In this document: positions 9,782-19,344 of the stretch, piece after piece
Layout: each line of letters opens with the position of its first letter
Position numbering within the stretch: position 1 is the first letter of the stretch
Assembly: GCA_020429915.1 (NCBI GenBank)
Contig: JAGQKV010000012.1
Coordinates: 65,737-129,736 of the forward strand
Source: Candidatus Omnitrophota bacterium
GTDB lineage: Bacteria > Omnitrophota > Gorgyraeia > Zapsychrales > Zapsychraceae
Length of the DNA stretch: 64,000 nt
Direction of reading: 5' to 3'
Program-made: the position numbers and the translations under genes
The notes under the pieces: generated by a model
Databases searched by the model: none
What the model saw: the letters and a program-made list of their open reading frames with translations, nothing else
What the model was told of the DNA's origin: nothing

Positions 9782-10803
9782 GATGCTCCCCTTTGGAAGA
9801 CGATCTTTTTCTTTTGATTAGTGACGACACTTCCGATGCGGTAGTGTCTAATCCTGTACTTTTTGAGGGTTTCCTGCACGGCAGCGGCATCTTTGGCAGC
9901 CACGACCAGTGCCATGCCGATGCCCATGTTGAATGTCCGGTACATCTCGGACTCTTCTATTTTACCCTCTTTTTGCAAAAGGGGAAATACTTTTGGGACC
10001 GGCCAACTGCCGATATTCAGTGAGAAACAGCAGTTTTTTGGCAAAATCTTGGTCAACTTGTCGTAGAATGCTCCCCCGGTGATGTGTGCTATGCCTTTTA
10101 TTCTAAATTTGGAGGTCAATAACGCAACCTCTTTCGCATAAATCTTGGTCGGACGCAGCAGGCTGGTGGCGTGTTTCCGGAGCAACGGTTCGGACAGCAC
10201 TTTGCGAACCAGGGAATATCCGTTGGAGTGAATCCCGCTGGAAGGCAGGCCGATCACCGCATCACCGGGAATGATGGCGCTGCCGTCGATGATCTTCTTT
10301 TCGTCCACGACCCCCACGGCAAAACCAGCCAAATCGTACTCGGTCGGACCGTACATGCCCGGCATTTCTGCCGTCTCTCCGCCGATCAAACTGCAACCGG
10401 CGAGACGGCACCCCTTGGCGATGCCGGACACAACCTTCTTCAGAACCGCCGGCTCCAATTTTCCGCAAGCAATATAGTCGAGAAAGAAAAGAGGCTGCGC
10501 CCCTACACAAAGTATATCATTCACATTCATGGCCACCAGGTCGATCCCCACCGAATCGTGAATTTGAAACTGTTGCGCCAGCAAGAGTTTGGTGCCGACC
10601 CCGTCCGTGGAGGACACCAGCACGGGTTTGCGGAAACGGCCCGCCGCCAGCGCGTACAAGCCGCCGAAGGCGCCATCCCTTTTGATGACTTCCGGACCGT
10701 GCGTCGCGGTCACCATTTTCTTAATCTGCCGGACAAAGGTATTTGCCTGATCGATGTCGACGCCGCTGTCTTTGTACGAGGTCTTGGCTTTGGTCACTGG
10801 CAA
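9778..10803 (-). CDS. purM: Phosphoribosylformylglycinamidine cyclo-ligase
   Basis: AIR synthase signature (YKDSGVDID...GLPSSGIHSNGYSL). Confidence 0.95.
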   Translation of the reverse strand: MPVTKAKTSYKDSGVDIDQANTFVRQIKKMVTATHGPEVIKRDGAFGGLYALAAGRFRKPVLVSSTDGVGTKLLLAQQFQIHDSVGIDLVAMNVNDILCVGAQPLFFLDYIACGKLEPAVLKKVVSGIAKGCRLAGCSLIGGETAEMPGMYGPTEYDLAGFAVGVVDEKKIIDGSAIIPGDAVIGLPSSGIHSNGYSLVRKVLSEPLLRKHATSLLRPTKIYAKEVALLTSKFRIKGIAHITGGAFYDKLTKILPKNCCFSLNIGSWPVPKVFPLLQKEGKIEESEMYRTFNMGIGMALVVAAKDAAAVQETLKKYRIRHYRIGSVVTNQKKKIVFQRGAS

Positions 10804-11606
10804 AAATGCTCCCGCGCATAATTCACGCCGTTCTCAAAAATCAACGCCCCCTGCCCGAGCCGGCCGTTGACGGACAACCGGGTCCAGAACGGATGCTGCG
10901 TGGTGAAAAAATGCCGTTCGGGGTGGGGCATCAGACCGAGAATCCTGCCGCTCGGATCGGTAATTCCGGCCACGTCTCCCAGTGAGCCGTTGGGATTCTC
11001 CGGATAAGCCGGATCATTGCCCTCAAAAGAGCAGTAGCGAAAAGCGATCTGGTGGCTGCCGGACAACCGCTGCAGCAGGTCCGGGTCTGCGACAAACTTC
11101 CCCTCCGCATGGGCGACGGGATAGTAAACGAGCTCGTCGAGCCCTTTCGTCCAGACGCTGTGTCCTTCTACTCGCAGATAAGTCCAGCGGTCTTCAAACT
11201 TACCGGAATCATTGTGGGTCAGCGACACTGTCTGCGATGTCTTTTTCGCCGTCAATGTGGCCGCATCGACCGGTCCGGGCAGGATTCCCGCTTTGACCAG
11301 CACTTGAAATCCGTTGCAAATCCCGATAATCAATTTCCCGGCGGCGATAAATTCACCGAGGTCCGCGCCCAAGTGATGGCGCAGTTCATTCGCCAGAATG
11401 CGTCCCGACTCGATATCGTCGCCGTAGGTGAATCCTCCCGGTACGGCGAGGATGTGATACTCCCTGAGATGGGTCTCGTGCCGGTATAAGGCATCGATGT
11501 GCACCGAATCAACCTGCGCCCCGAAGTGCGCGAAGGCGAATGCAGTCTCGCTGTCACAATTGGTACCTGCCGTCCGGAGTACAATTACTTTAGGCTGCTT
11601 GCTCAT
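10794..11606 (-). CDS. purQ: Phosphoribosylformylglycinamidine synthase subunit PurQ (glutaminase)
   Basis: Class I GATase with a Cys-His pair (GICNGFQ...MPHPE). Confidence 0.9.
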   Translation of the reverse strand: MSKQPKVIVLRTAGTNCDSETAFAFAHFGAQVDSVHIDALYRHETHLREYHILAVPGGFTYGDDIESGRILANELRHHLGADLGEFIAAGKLIIGICNGFQVLVKAGILPGPVDAATLTAKKTSQTVSLTHNDSGKFEDRWTYLRVEGHSVWTKGLDELVYYPVAHAEGKFVADPDLLQRLSGSHQIAFRYCSFEGNDPAYPENPNGSLGDVAGITDPSGRILGLMPHPERHFFTTQHPFWTRLSVNGRLGQGALIFENGVNYAREHFCQ

Positions 11607-11607
11607 A

Positions 11608-14508
11608 TCACCACCTCAACGGAGCTTGCCAGGCTTCCTTGAGTTCATAAATACTGCTGTGCACACTCAGTTCTCCGTCCAGGCCGGTAATTACGAAGTC
11701 CGGGTATTCCTCAACCAGACCGATCAGCCCAAGGGGAACCCCCTTCAACTGCTGTTCAAACTGCTTTTGCTTGGCGGGCGGCACCTCCACCAGAAAACGG
11801 CTGTTGGATTCGGAGAACATCAGAATATCGTCGCGCGCGTCAGTCCCGCGGAACGGAACCTTTTGCAGGTGCGCGCTGACCCCCAATCCGCCGGCAAAGG
11901 CCATCTCCGCCAACGCGACCGCCAGACCGCCCTCGGAACAGTCGTGCGCGCTGCACACCAATCCCTTGCTGATGGCCCCGGACAACGCCCGAAACGTCCG
12001 CAATGCCTGGGCGAAGTTCGCCCGCGGCACATCCGTTCCCAGGCTCCCAAGATAATCATAATATATGGACCCTCCCATTTCGGGAAACGTTCGGCCCACA
12101 ATGTAAATCAGATTACCCGCTTCTTTCAGATCCATGGTGACGGTCATATGAATATCTTCTACGATCCCGATGGCCGAAATCAATAGCGTGCCGGGAATCG
12201 CGATGGACTTCTTGCCCTCGGCGTATTCATTGTACAGACTGTCTTTGCCGGAAATAAACGGTGTCTGATATCCGACCGCAGCCTTGTAACATCCTTCGGC
12301 GGCACGGACCAGCGCCCCCAACCGGTCGGGCTTGTCCGGATTTCCCCAGCAAAAATTATCGAGAATGGCGATACGGTCGGGGTCGCCGCCGACACACACG
12401 ATTTGCCGGATCGCCTCGTCGATGCAGGAAGCCGCCATCCAGTAGGGGTCGATCATTCCGTAACGGATATTGATCCCGTTGGAAACCGCAAACCCTTTTT
12501 TCGAGTCCAGCTTGGGCCGCACAACGCTGGCGTCCGACGGCCCGTCGGCATCCACTCCGCACAGCGGCTTGATGACACTGCCGCCCTGGACCTCATGATC
12601 GTACTGGCGGATGACCCATTCCTTGGAACAAACATTAAAGTGTCCCAACACCGCCCGTAAGGCCGCGTCGAGGTCCGGCTTCTTCGGTAATTTGGGCGAC
12701 TTGCCCTTGTACGGCTTCCATACCGCCTTCTTGGTCACCCGCGGGTTGCCGTCGTGAAGGAAGCGCATGTCGAGATTGCACACTTCGGTCTGCCCGTAAT
12801 AAATTTCCAGCCGGCCGGTCCCGGTGAACTCACCGATGACACTGGCCTCAACATTTTCCGCAGCGAACACGGCGAGAAATTCCTCGACCTTCTGCGGCGG
12901 GACCGAGAAGACCATGCGCTCCTGCGACTCGGAAATCCACACCTCCATATATTTCAGGCCTTGATACTTGAGCGGCACTTTATCCAGATGCACCCGCGCT
13001 CCGGTCTCTTCTCCCATTTCCCCCACGGCGCTCGACAAGCCGCCCGCCCCGCAGTCGGTAATGGCGTTGTACAGATCCCGGTCCCGCGCCTGGAGCAGAA
13101 CGTCCAAGACCTTCTTCTCCTGAATGGGATCCCCTATTTGCACTGCCCCCGACGAAACCGTCTCGGACTCGGTGGTCAGTTCGCCGGAGGAAAAAGTCGC
13201 CCCGTGTATTCCGTCGCGGCCGGTCTTGCCGCCGGCGACGATGATCGCGTCGCCTTCCATGACCTTTTTGCGAACCTTGTCCCGTGGCATAATTCCCACA
13301 CAACCGCAATACACCAGCGGATTGCCGACAAAGCCCTGATCGAAAAGGATGGCACCGTTGACCGTCGGGATTCCCATCTTGTTGCCGTAGTCCCGCACGC
13401 CGTCGACCACTCCCTTCATGACCCGTTTGGGATGCAAGGTCCCCGGCGGCAATTCGGAGAACGGCGTGTCCGGCCGGGCGAAGCAAAAGATATCCGTATT
13501 GCACACCGGCTTGGCGCCGAGTCCCGTTCCGAGGATGTCCCGGATAACCCCGCCGATCCCGGTATTCGCGCCGCCGAACGGCTCCAGGGCGGACGGGTGG
13601 TTGTGGGTTTCGACTTTGAAACACAAATGGGAATCTTTGTCGAACTTGATGACCCCGGCGTTATCGTGGAATACCGATACGCACCACGGCTTGGCCAAGC
13701 GCTCCGTGGCCTTGACAATAGTCGACTTTAACAGGTTGGTGATATGTTTGGTTTTGTGCCGGCCGTCGGTCATGGTCCGGTATTCGATGTTGCCGCGGAA
13801 CGTCTTGTGGAAACAATGCTCGCTCCACGTCTGCGCCAGCGTCTCGAGCTCACAATCGGTGGGATTGCGGCCCAGCGATTTAAAATGTTTTTGAATGGTC
13901 TGCATCTCGGGGATGCTGAGAAAGAGTTGCCCTTCCGCGCTGATGCGGGCCAAATCCGCTTTTTTGGCTGACAGCAAATCAATAGTAATCGCCTGCACCT
14001 CACCGCTAAGCGCGGCGGCATGCAGCAATTTGGGATGGGCCGGATCGGCGACGTGCTGAATAATTTTGTTACTGAGGACCTTATCGACGATCAGACTCAA
14101 CTTGGCCGCGCTGAGCGTGCCGCGCAGCGTATAACGGCGGGCCGTACTTACCGACTCGACGTCGTCGATATCCATATCACCGATACCCTTAAGGGTAGAC
14201 TCCTCCACCGGATCCATCACACCCGGATTAAAAGCGATTTCGATAGAGTGCACATCCCGTTGGGCGCGCGGGCGTTTAAATTCATCGGAAGGCAGGAAAT
14301 GAAACTCCTGGGTTACCGGATCGGTCAGCAGCTCCCGGCAGACCCGTTCCACGGCACCGGAGCTGAGCCGGCCTTCGATATTGAAGATCCTCTCAACGTC
14401 CACACCGGTGACGGTGGAAATGCCCAATTCCTGGATGGAACGGCGCACCCCTTCGGCGTGAGAATCAAACACGCCGGCCTTGTTTTTAATTTCAACGCGC
14501 CAGGTCAT
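11608..14508 (-). CDS. purL: Phosphoribosylformylglycinamidine synthase: PurS-like N-terminal domain fused to PurL
   Basis: First ~80 aa are PurS-like. Then about 120 aa of linker precede the PurL core (WSEHCFHKTF...). Total 966 aa. Confidence 0.9.
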   Translation of the reverse strand: MTWRVEIKNKAGVFDSHAEGVRRSIQELGISTVTGVDVERIFNIEGRLSSGAVERVCRELLTDPVTQEFHFLPSDEFKRPRAQRDVHSIEIAFNPGVMDPVEESTLKGIGDMDIDDVESVSTARRYTLRGTLSAAKLSLIVDKVLSNKIIQHVADPAHPKLLHAAALSGEVQAITIDLLSAKKADLARISAEGQLFLSIPEMQTIQKHFKSLGRNPTDCELETLAQTWSEHCFHKTFRGNIEYRTMTDGRHKTKHITNLLKSTIVKATERLAKPWCVSVFHDNAGVIKFDKDSHLCFKVETHNHPSALEPFGGANTGIGGVIRDILGTGLGAKPVCNTDIFCFARPDTPFSELPPGTLHPKRVMKGVVDGVRDYGNKMGIPTVNGAILFDQGFVGNPLVYCGCVGIMPRDKVRKKVMEGDAIIVAGGKTGRDGIHGATFSSGELTTESETVSSGAVQIGDPIQEKKVLDVLLQARDRDLYNAITDCGAGGLSSAVGEMGEETGARVHLDKVPLKYQGLKYMEVWISESQERMVFSVPPQKVEEFLAVFAAENVEASVIGEFTGTGRLEIYYGQTEVCNLDMRFLHDGNPRVTKKAVWKPYKGKSPKLPKKPDLDAALRAVLGHFNVCSKEWVIRQYDHEVQGGSVIKPLCGVDADGPSDASVVRPKLDSKKGFAVSNGINIRYGMIDPYWMAASCIDEAIRQIVCVGGDPDRIAILDNFCWGNPDKPDRLGALVRAAEGCYKAAVGYQTPFISGKDSLYNEYAEGKKSIAIPGTLLISAIGIVEDIHMTVTMDLKEAGNLIYIVGRTFPEMGGSIYYDYLGSLGTDVPRANFAQALRTFRALSGAISKGLVCSAHDCSEGGLAVALAEMAFAGGLGVSAHLQKVPFRGTDARDDILMFSESNSRFLVEVPPAKQKQFEQQLKGVPLGLIGLVEEYPDFVITGLDGELSVHSSIYELKEAWQAPLRW

Positions 14509-14553
14509 GGTTACGCATTCGTTTACGATTGTTAGTGAGTGGAGGTAGAGCGG

Positions 14554-15264
14554 TTATGAGTTAACCCGGTTAAACACTTCCTGGTAGGCCTCTTCAATAT
14601 TCCCCAAGTCATGCCTGAAACGGTCCTTGTCGAGCCGTTTGCCCGTCCCCTTCTCCCACAGGCGGCAGGTGTCCGGAGAAATCTCGTCGGCCAGGATAAT
14701 GTGCCCCTTGTGCCGGCCGAATTCGAGTTTGAAGTCGATAAGCTGCAAGTCAAGCTTGTCGAAAAAGTCTTTCATCAAACCATTGATCTTCAGTGTCAAC
14801 TCACGTATTTGCGCCAGCTCTTCGGCTGTGGCGATCTTGAGCATGCGGATATGATCTTCGTTGATGAGCGGATCGCCGAGTTCGTCCTTCTTGTAGCAGT
14901 ATTCCATCACCGGCTGTTCCATCCGGATCCCCTCTTCGACACCGAGCAGGCGGCATAATGATCCGGCCGTGACATTACGGACGATCACCTCAACCTTGAT
15001 GATCTCAACCGTCTTGATGAGCATCTCGCGGTCTGAAAGAGAGTCGACAAAATGAGTCGGAATGCCCTGCGCTTCGAGGAACTGGAAAATCTTCGTGGAA
15101 ATCTTGTTGTTAAAGACACCCTTTTGCTGGATGGTCCCTTTCTTGGCCGCGTTAAAGGCGGTGGCATCATCCTTGAAATACTGAATCATCCGGTCGGGAT
15201 CGTCGGTACGGTAGAGAATCTTGGCCTTGCCTTCGTAAATAGGCTCGCCCTTGGTAACCATCAC
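14554..15264 (-). CDS. purC: Phosphoribosylaminoimidazole-succinocarboxamide synthase
   Basis: SAICAR synthetase N-terminus (IYEGKAKILY). Confidence 0.95.
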   Translation of the reverse strand: MMVTKGEPIYEGKAKILYRTDDPDRMIQYFKDDATAFNAAKKGTIQQKGVFNNKISTKIFQFLEAQGIPTHFVDSLSDREMLIKTVEIIKVEVIVRNVTAGSLCRLLGVEEGIRMEQPVMEYCYKKDELGDPLINEDHIRMLKIATAEELAQIRELTLKINGLMKDFFDKLDLQLIDFKLEFGRHKGHIILADEISPDTCRLWEKGTGKRLDKDRFRHDLGNIEEAYQEVFNRVNS

Positions 15265-16556
15265 TTCAGTCCCACTCGTTTATAAATCTTGTCGTTATGA
15301 CGGGTGTAGTACTTGATGTCGAAACACTTGTCGATTTCTTCCGGTTTGAAATACTTGCGGACCTTGCGGTCACGGTTGAGGATGTCCTTGAAATCGGAAG
15401 TTTCCTGCCAAACCTGCATGGCGCAGCGCTGAATGATATCGTAAGCTGCTTCCCGTGTCAGGCCCTTCTTCATCAATTCCAGCAGAACCCGCTGGGAATA
15501 AATGAGCCCCTTGGTCTTGGCCAGACTGGCGATCATATTCTTGGGATAGACGAGCAAACCGTCCAAAATGGGAATAATCTTGTGGAACATATAATTCAGG
15601 GCGATACAGCTGTCGGGGATAATCACCCGCTCCACGGAAGAGTGGCTGATGTCGCGCTCATGCCACAGACATATATTTTCAAATGACGCGATCGCGTTGG
15701 AACGCAACAGACGGGACAACCCGGAGATCCGCTCGCAAGTCACAGGATTGCGTTTGTGCGGCATTGCCGAGGACCCGATCTGCCCTTTGAAGAACGGCTC
15801 TTCGACCTCCAGGACCTCGGTCTTCTGCAGCAGACGGATCTCGGTGGCGATCTTATCCAGAGTCGAACCGACCAGGGCCAGGGTCGTCATGAATTGGCAG
15901 TGATGATCGCGCTGAATGATCTGGGTTGCGATATTGGCCGGCTTCAATCCGAGTTTCTCGCAGACGAATTCTTCCACATACGGATCGATATTGGCAAACG
16001 TCCCCACGGCCCCGGAAAGCTTTCCGTAAGACATGATGTCACGGGCCTGTTCCAGCCGGGTTTGATTGCGCTTCATCTCGTCGTACCACACCGCGATCTT
16101 CAGCCCGAAGCTCATCGGCTCGGCGTGGACGCCGTGGGTACGCGCGATACACGGCGTGTCTTTGTACTTCTTGGCTTTCTGCTTGAGGACCGCCAGCATC
16201 TTTTTGGTGTCGGAAAGCAGGATATCCAGCGCTTCCATGCATTGTACGGACAACGAGGTGTCAAGCAAATCGGACGATGTCAGGCCCATATGGAGGTATT
16301 TGGCTTCAGCCCCGATGTACTGCCCCACATTATTGATGAAAGCGACCACATCATGGCGGGTCTTTTCCTCAAGCCGCTTGACCTCATCGATATCAAATTT
16401 GGCGCTCTTCTTGATTTGGTCGAGGGATTTCTTGGGAATGTGCCCCAATTTGCACAGGGCTTCACAAGCGAGGACTTCGATCTTCAGCATAATCTCCATC
16501 TTATGCTTTTCCGACCAGATGTTACCCATCTTAGACAGGGTATACCGTTCGATCAT
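15261..16556 (-). CDS. purB: Adenylosuccinate lyase
   Basis: Fumarate lyase family with the PurB N-terminus (MIERYTLSKMGNIWSE) and the SSAMPHKRNP signature. Confidence 0.95.
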   Translation of the reverse strand: MIERYTLSKMGNIWSEKHKMEIMLKIEVLACEALCKLGHIPKKSLDQIKKSAKFDIDEVKRLEEKTRHDVVAFINNVGQYIGAEAKYLHMGLTSSDLLDTSLSVQCMEALDILLSDTKKMLAVLKQKAKKYKDTPCIARTHGVHAEPMSFGLKIAVWYDEMKRNQTRLEQARDIMSYGKLSGAVGTFANIDPYVEEFVCEKLGLKPANIATQIIQRDHHCQFMTTLALVGSTLDKIATEIRLLQKTEVLEVEEPFFKGQIGSSAMPHKRNPVTCERISGLSRLLRSNAIASFENICLWHERDISHSSVERVIIPDSCIALNYMFHKIIPILDGLLVYPKNMIASLAKTKGLIYSQRVLLELMKKGLTREAAYDIIQRCAMQVWQETSDFKDILNRDRKVRKYFKPEEIDKCFDIKYYTRHNDKIYKRVGLK

Positions 16557-16667
16557 CTTCTAGACTCCTTTAATAGATACATTCTGTGGGGTCGACAAGG
16601 GGTTGCCATGAATCGGGTTTCAGGATTTTACCGGGAAATTAAAAGGTTTTGGCTCTTAGGTTTAGAT

Positions 16668-16696
16668 ACTATAACAGAGATAAATTTCAGGGTCAA
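16668..16696 (-). promoter_or_regulatory. Sigma70-type promoter of the pur operon (TTGACC-17-TATAGT)
   Basis: Read on the minus strand: TTGACCctgaaatttatctctgtTATAGT. This leaves a leader of roughly 105 nt before the purB ATG at 16556. Confidence 0.6.
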
Positions 16697-16882
16697 TTAA
16701 AATTGCGGCCCGGAATCGCCACCCAACCCCTAAGATATGCCTCAAACTACTGAAATTAATTAACTTATGGGATTTGCTATGCGAAAAAAATAGGCGGGAA
16801 TTTGATTGACACCAGGGGCACCGGAGCCGCCCGCGCGGGGCGACTCCGGAATTTCGCTTGTAAACATTTACTGATACTACAC

Positions 16883-17467
16883 TTATAAATCGGCAGGCAG
16901 CTTGAGCCGTTCCTTGAAATAATCCACCATCACCTCGGCGGTGTCACGGATCATATCGTCGGCGACCAGGATCATCTTTGAGCCGGTGGGCGTCTTGAGA
17001 AAGGTGTTCATTTCCTTGAATTCCTCCTCGGTAAAGGTGGCCGCGTACACCGGGATGATCACCTTGATCAGTTCGTTGATCCGCATCACTTCCTCGACCT
17101 TGGCCATTTGTGCCGGCGGCGCCTTGGCCCGCAGGATTTCGATATTCCGCTGGATATTGACACGTGCTCCGTTCAGCTCCAGGTGCTCGAGAATCAGCAG
17201 GACTTTGGTCGGCGGAATGCCTGGAAAACCGTTGGCGTCGATCTGGCTGGGATCCCACTTAAACGGCTCCTCCTCATCCATGATCTTTTCGATCTGCTCG
17301 TTATAGTAAAGCTTGGGCAGGCGCCCCTCCATCACCTTGATGTAATAGTTTCCTTTCTCAACGACCTTCCCTTTAATGACGCGGCCGTCCTTGAGATAGA
17401 TCAGCTCGGCCCGGGCGGTCGAACATATCAGCAGGAGGAACATCGCGGTAAAGATTGTTTTCTTCAT
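16883..17467 (-). CDS. Secreted hypothetical protein (Sec signal peptide)
   Basis: MKKTIFTAMFLLLICSTARA signal peptide. 194 aa with no recognisable domain. Confidence 0.6.
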   Translation of the reverse strand: MKKTIFTAMFLLLICSTARAELIYLKDGRVIKGKVVEKGNYYIKVMEGRLPKLYYNEQIEKIMDEEEPFKWDPSQIDANGFPGIPPTKVLLILEHLELNGARVNIQRNIEILRAKAPPAQMAKVEEVMRINELIKVIIPVYAATFTEEEFKEMNTFLKTPTGSKMILVADDMIRDTAEVMVDYFKERLKLPADL

Positions 17468-17659
17468 AATAACCCCTGTGTGTTTCGGTTTACCATTGAA
17501 CGCTCCGGGACGATCGGGGCCCCGGTCGCATTCTCAAGTGTACCACATTTCGCCGGAATCTTCCTTACCCGCGGGGAAACTTTCCGTGGCGTTTTTCGGC
17601 GCCAACAGCGCACAAATCTGGTTGAACCGCCAAATGATCTATGATACCATGTGTGACTT

Positions 17660-18769
17660 ATGATCGATAAAATAAGAGTCCAGATCGACCGGAGCCTGGC
17701 CGGCTTCATGGAGCAGGTCAAGCGCGACTATAAATTGCACCTGGTCAGCCCGGTTTTGTACGAAAGCATTAAGGAGTTCAACCTCCGCAAGGGCAAGCGA
17801 ATCCGTCCGTTGCTGCTGATCCTCAGCTACAAGGGCTTCTCGCCCAAAGGCAAACGCATTCCGCCGTCGATCTTCTATGCCTCCACCTGCATCGAATTGC
17901 TGCACAATTTCATGCTCATCCACGACGACATCATCGATCGGTCCGATCTGCGCCGGGGCAAGCCCACCATGCACAAACTGCTCGGCAAGATCGTCCGCGC
18001 CGGCGATCAACAGAAGCTGGGTTACGACCTGAGTATCGTGGCGGGGGATATCGTGTACGCGTTCGCTATCGATGCTTTTCTCTGTATTAAGGAACGACCC
18101 GAGCGCAAAGAGCGCGCCCTGAAGTATTTCGTCCAAACGGCGGCCTTTACGGCCATGGGAGAATTTATCGACACCATCCACGGCGTGGAAAAGCTGAACA
18201 AGGTTAAAGAAAAGGACGTGTTCCTGAATTATACGCTGAAAACCGCGCGCTATACCTTTGATTGTCCGCTGGTCACCGGGGCCATCCTGGCCGGCGCCAA
18301 GGAAAAAGACATCAAGAAGCTTTCACGGCTGGGCGTGCATATCGGCCAGGCCTTCCAAATCCAGGATGACATCATCGGGATCTTCGACACCCAGAAGAAT
18401 ATCGGCAAATCCATCCTCAGCGATCTCGACGAATCAAAAAAGACACTGTTGGTCTGCCACGCCAACGAGACGCTCTCCCCCGGGAAGAAACGCCAATTCA
18501 TCAAGTATTTCAACAAAAAGAAAAAGACCTACAACGACCTCGTCGCGGTCCGGAAGATCTTCATGTCCGCAGGCAGTCTGCAGTACTGCCTCGAACAACT
18601 CGACCAGCGCCTGACCGAGGCCATCAAAATCCTGATGAGCCTCGAAATGCAGCCGAAGTACCGTGACACCGTAAAGCAGGCGATCCAGGAACTCTTCAAG
18701 CACTCATGGCGGATTGCCGAGCAGTACGACGTCCCCCTCCCCTCCAAGCAGCGTGTTATCGCCCGCTAG
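17660..18769 (+). CDS. Polyprenyl (trans-isoprenyl) diphosphate synthase
   Basis: First and second aspartate-rich motifs are present (LIHDDIIDRSD and FQIQDDIIG). Product chain length is not inferable. Confidence 0.85.
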   Translation: MIDKIRVQIDRSLAGFMEQVKRDYKLHLVSPVLYESIKEFNLRKGKRIRPLLLILSYKGFSPKGKRIPPSIFYASTCIELLHNFMLIHDDIIDRSDLRRGKPTMHKLLGKIVRAGDQQKLGYDLSIVAGDIVYAFAIDAFLCIKERPERKERALKYFVQTAAFTAMGEFIDTIHGVEKLNKVKEKDVFLNYTLKTARYTFDCPLVTGAILAGAKEKDIKKLSRLGVHIGQAFQIQDDIIGIFDTQKNIGKSILSDLDESKKTLLVCHANETLSPGKKRQFIKYFNKKKKTYNDLVAVRKIFMSAGSLQYCLEQLDQRLTEAIKILMSLEMQPKYRDTVKQAIQELFKHSWRIAEQYDVPLPSKQRVIAR

Positions 18770-18817
18770 CAGATATTTTCACTAATCAGGTTTCAAAGAA
18801 GGATCGACTTCGCGCGG

Positions 18818-19291
18818 TCAGCGGGATAGGATGAGTTCGCCTTGCCTGATTTTTTCCGAATCGAGGGCAGCCTCATCTGTGGCGAAGGTCACTCCCGTGA
18901 CGGTCAGCGTCCGGTCACGGTCCGAAACGCCATCCTCAAGCGCGGTGAAATACAGGGTGAGCAGGTCGCCGGATTCAGCGTTTAAAGGGAATAGTCCGAT
19001 CAGGGCAATCTTCACTACATCAGGGCCGTCTTCACGGCTTTCCACGAGCTGAAATTGACTAACGGAACCGCCCTTTTCGATACGGTCGAGCCGGAAGGCA
19101 CCGGCATCGAAGGTAAAAGCGAGATCGACGGCAAAGACATCGGCAAGCGTGTTTTCCCTGAAGTTAATGGTCACGCTCGCCTGTTCGCCACGGTGCAACC
19201 GGGCGTCGGTAACGTTGACTTCCAGGGCATGCACAGCGGTCGCGGACAAGACAGCGGCCAAGGTGAGTAGCATCGTGAGTTGTCGGATCAT
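18818..19291 (-). CDS. Secreted single-domain cohesin-like protein
   Basis: Signal peptide MIRQLTMLLTLAAVLSATAVHA with AAAGGA RBS. The mature part (VNVTDARLHRGEQASVTINF...ADVFAVDLAFTFDAGAFRLDRIEKGG...VVKIALIGLF) follows the strand pattern of type-I cohesin modules. The track ORF is extended upstream to 19357. Confidence 0.5.
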   Translation of the reverse strand: MIRQLTMLLTLAAVLSATAVHALEVNVTDARLHRGEQASVTINFRENTLADVFAVDLAFTFDAGAFRLDRIEKGGSVSQFQLVESREDGPDVVKIALIGLFPLNAESGDLLTLYFTALEDGVSDRDRTLTVTGVTFATDEAALDSEKIRQGELILSR

Positions 19292-19344
19292 AAGGTGTCC
19301 TTTCCCCCGGCGGGGAGTATGCGGAATTCGGTCAGGCAGTCGGT

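Noticed and set aside
16557-16700. Possible purine or ZTP riboswitch in the purB leader
   Set aside because: Inspection of the reverse complement found no purine-aptamer or ZTP (pfl) conserved cores.
16826-16856. GC-rich hairpin CCGGAGCCGCCCGCGCGGGGCGACTCCGG as an intrinsic terminator for the 16883..17467 gene
   Set aside because: On the transcribed (minus) strand the nearest T-run is about 30 nt beyond the stem, so it is not a canonical rho-independent terminator. It is left uncalled.
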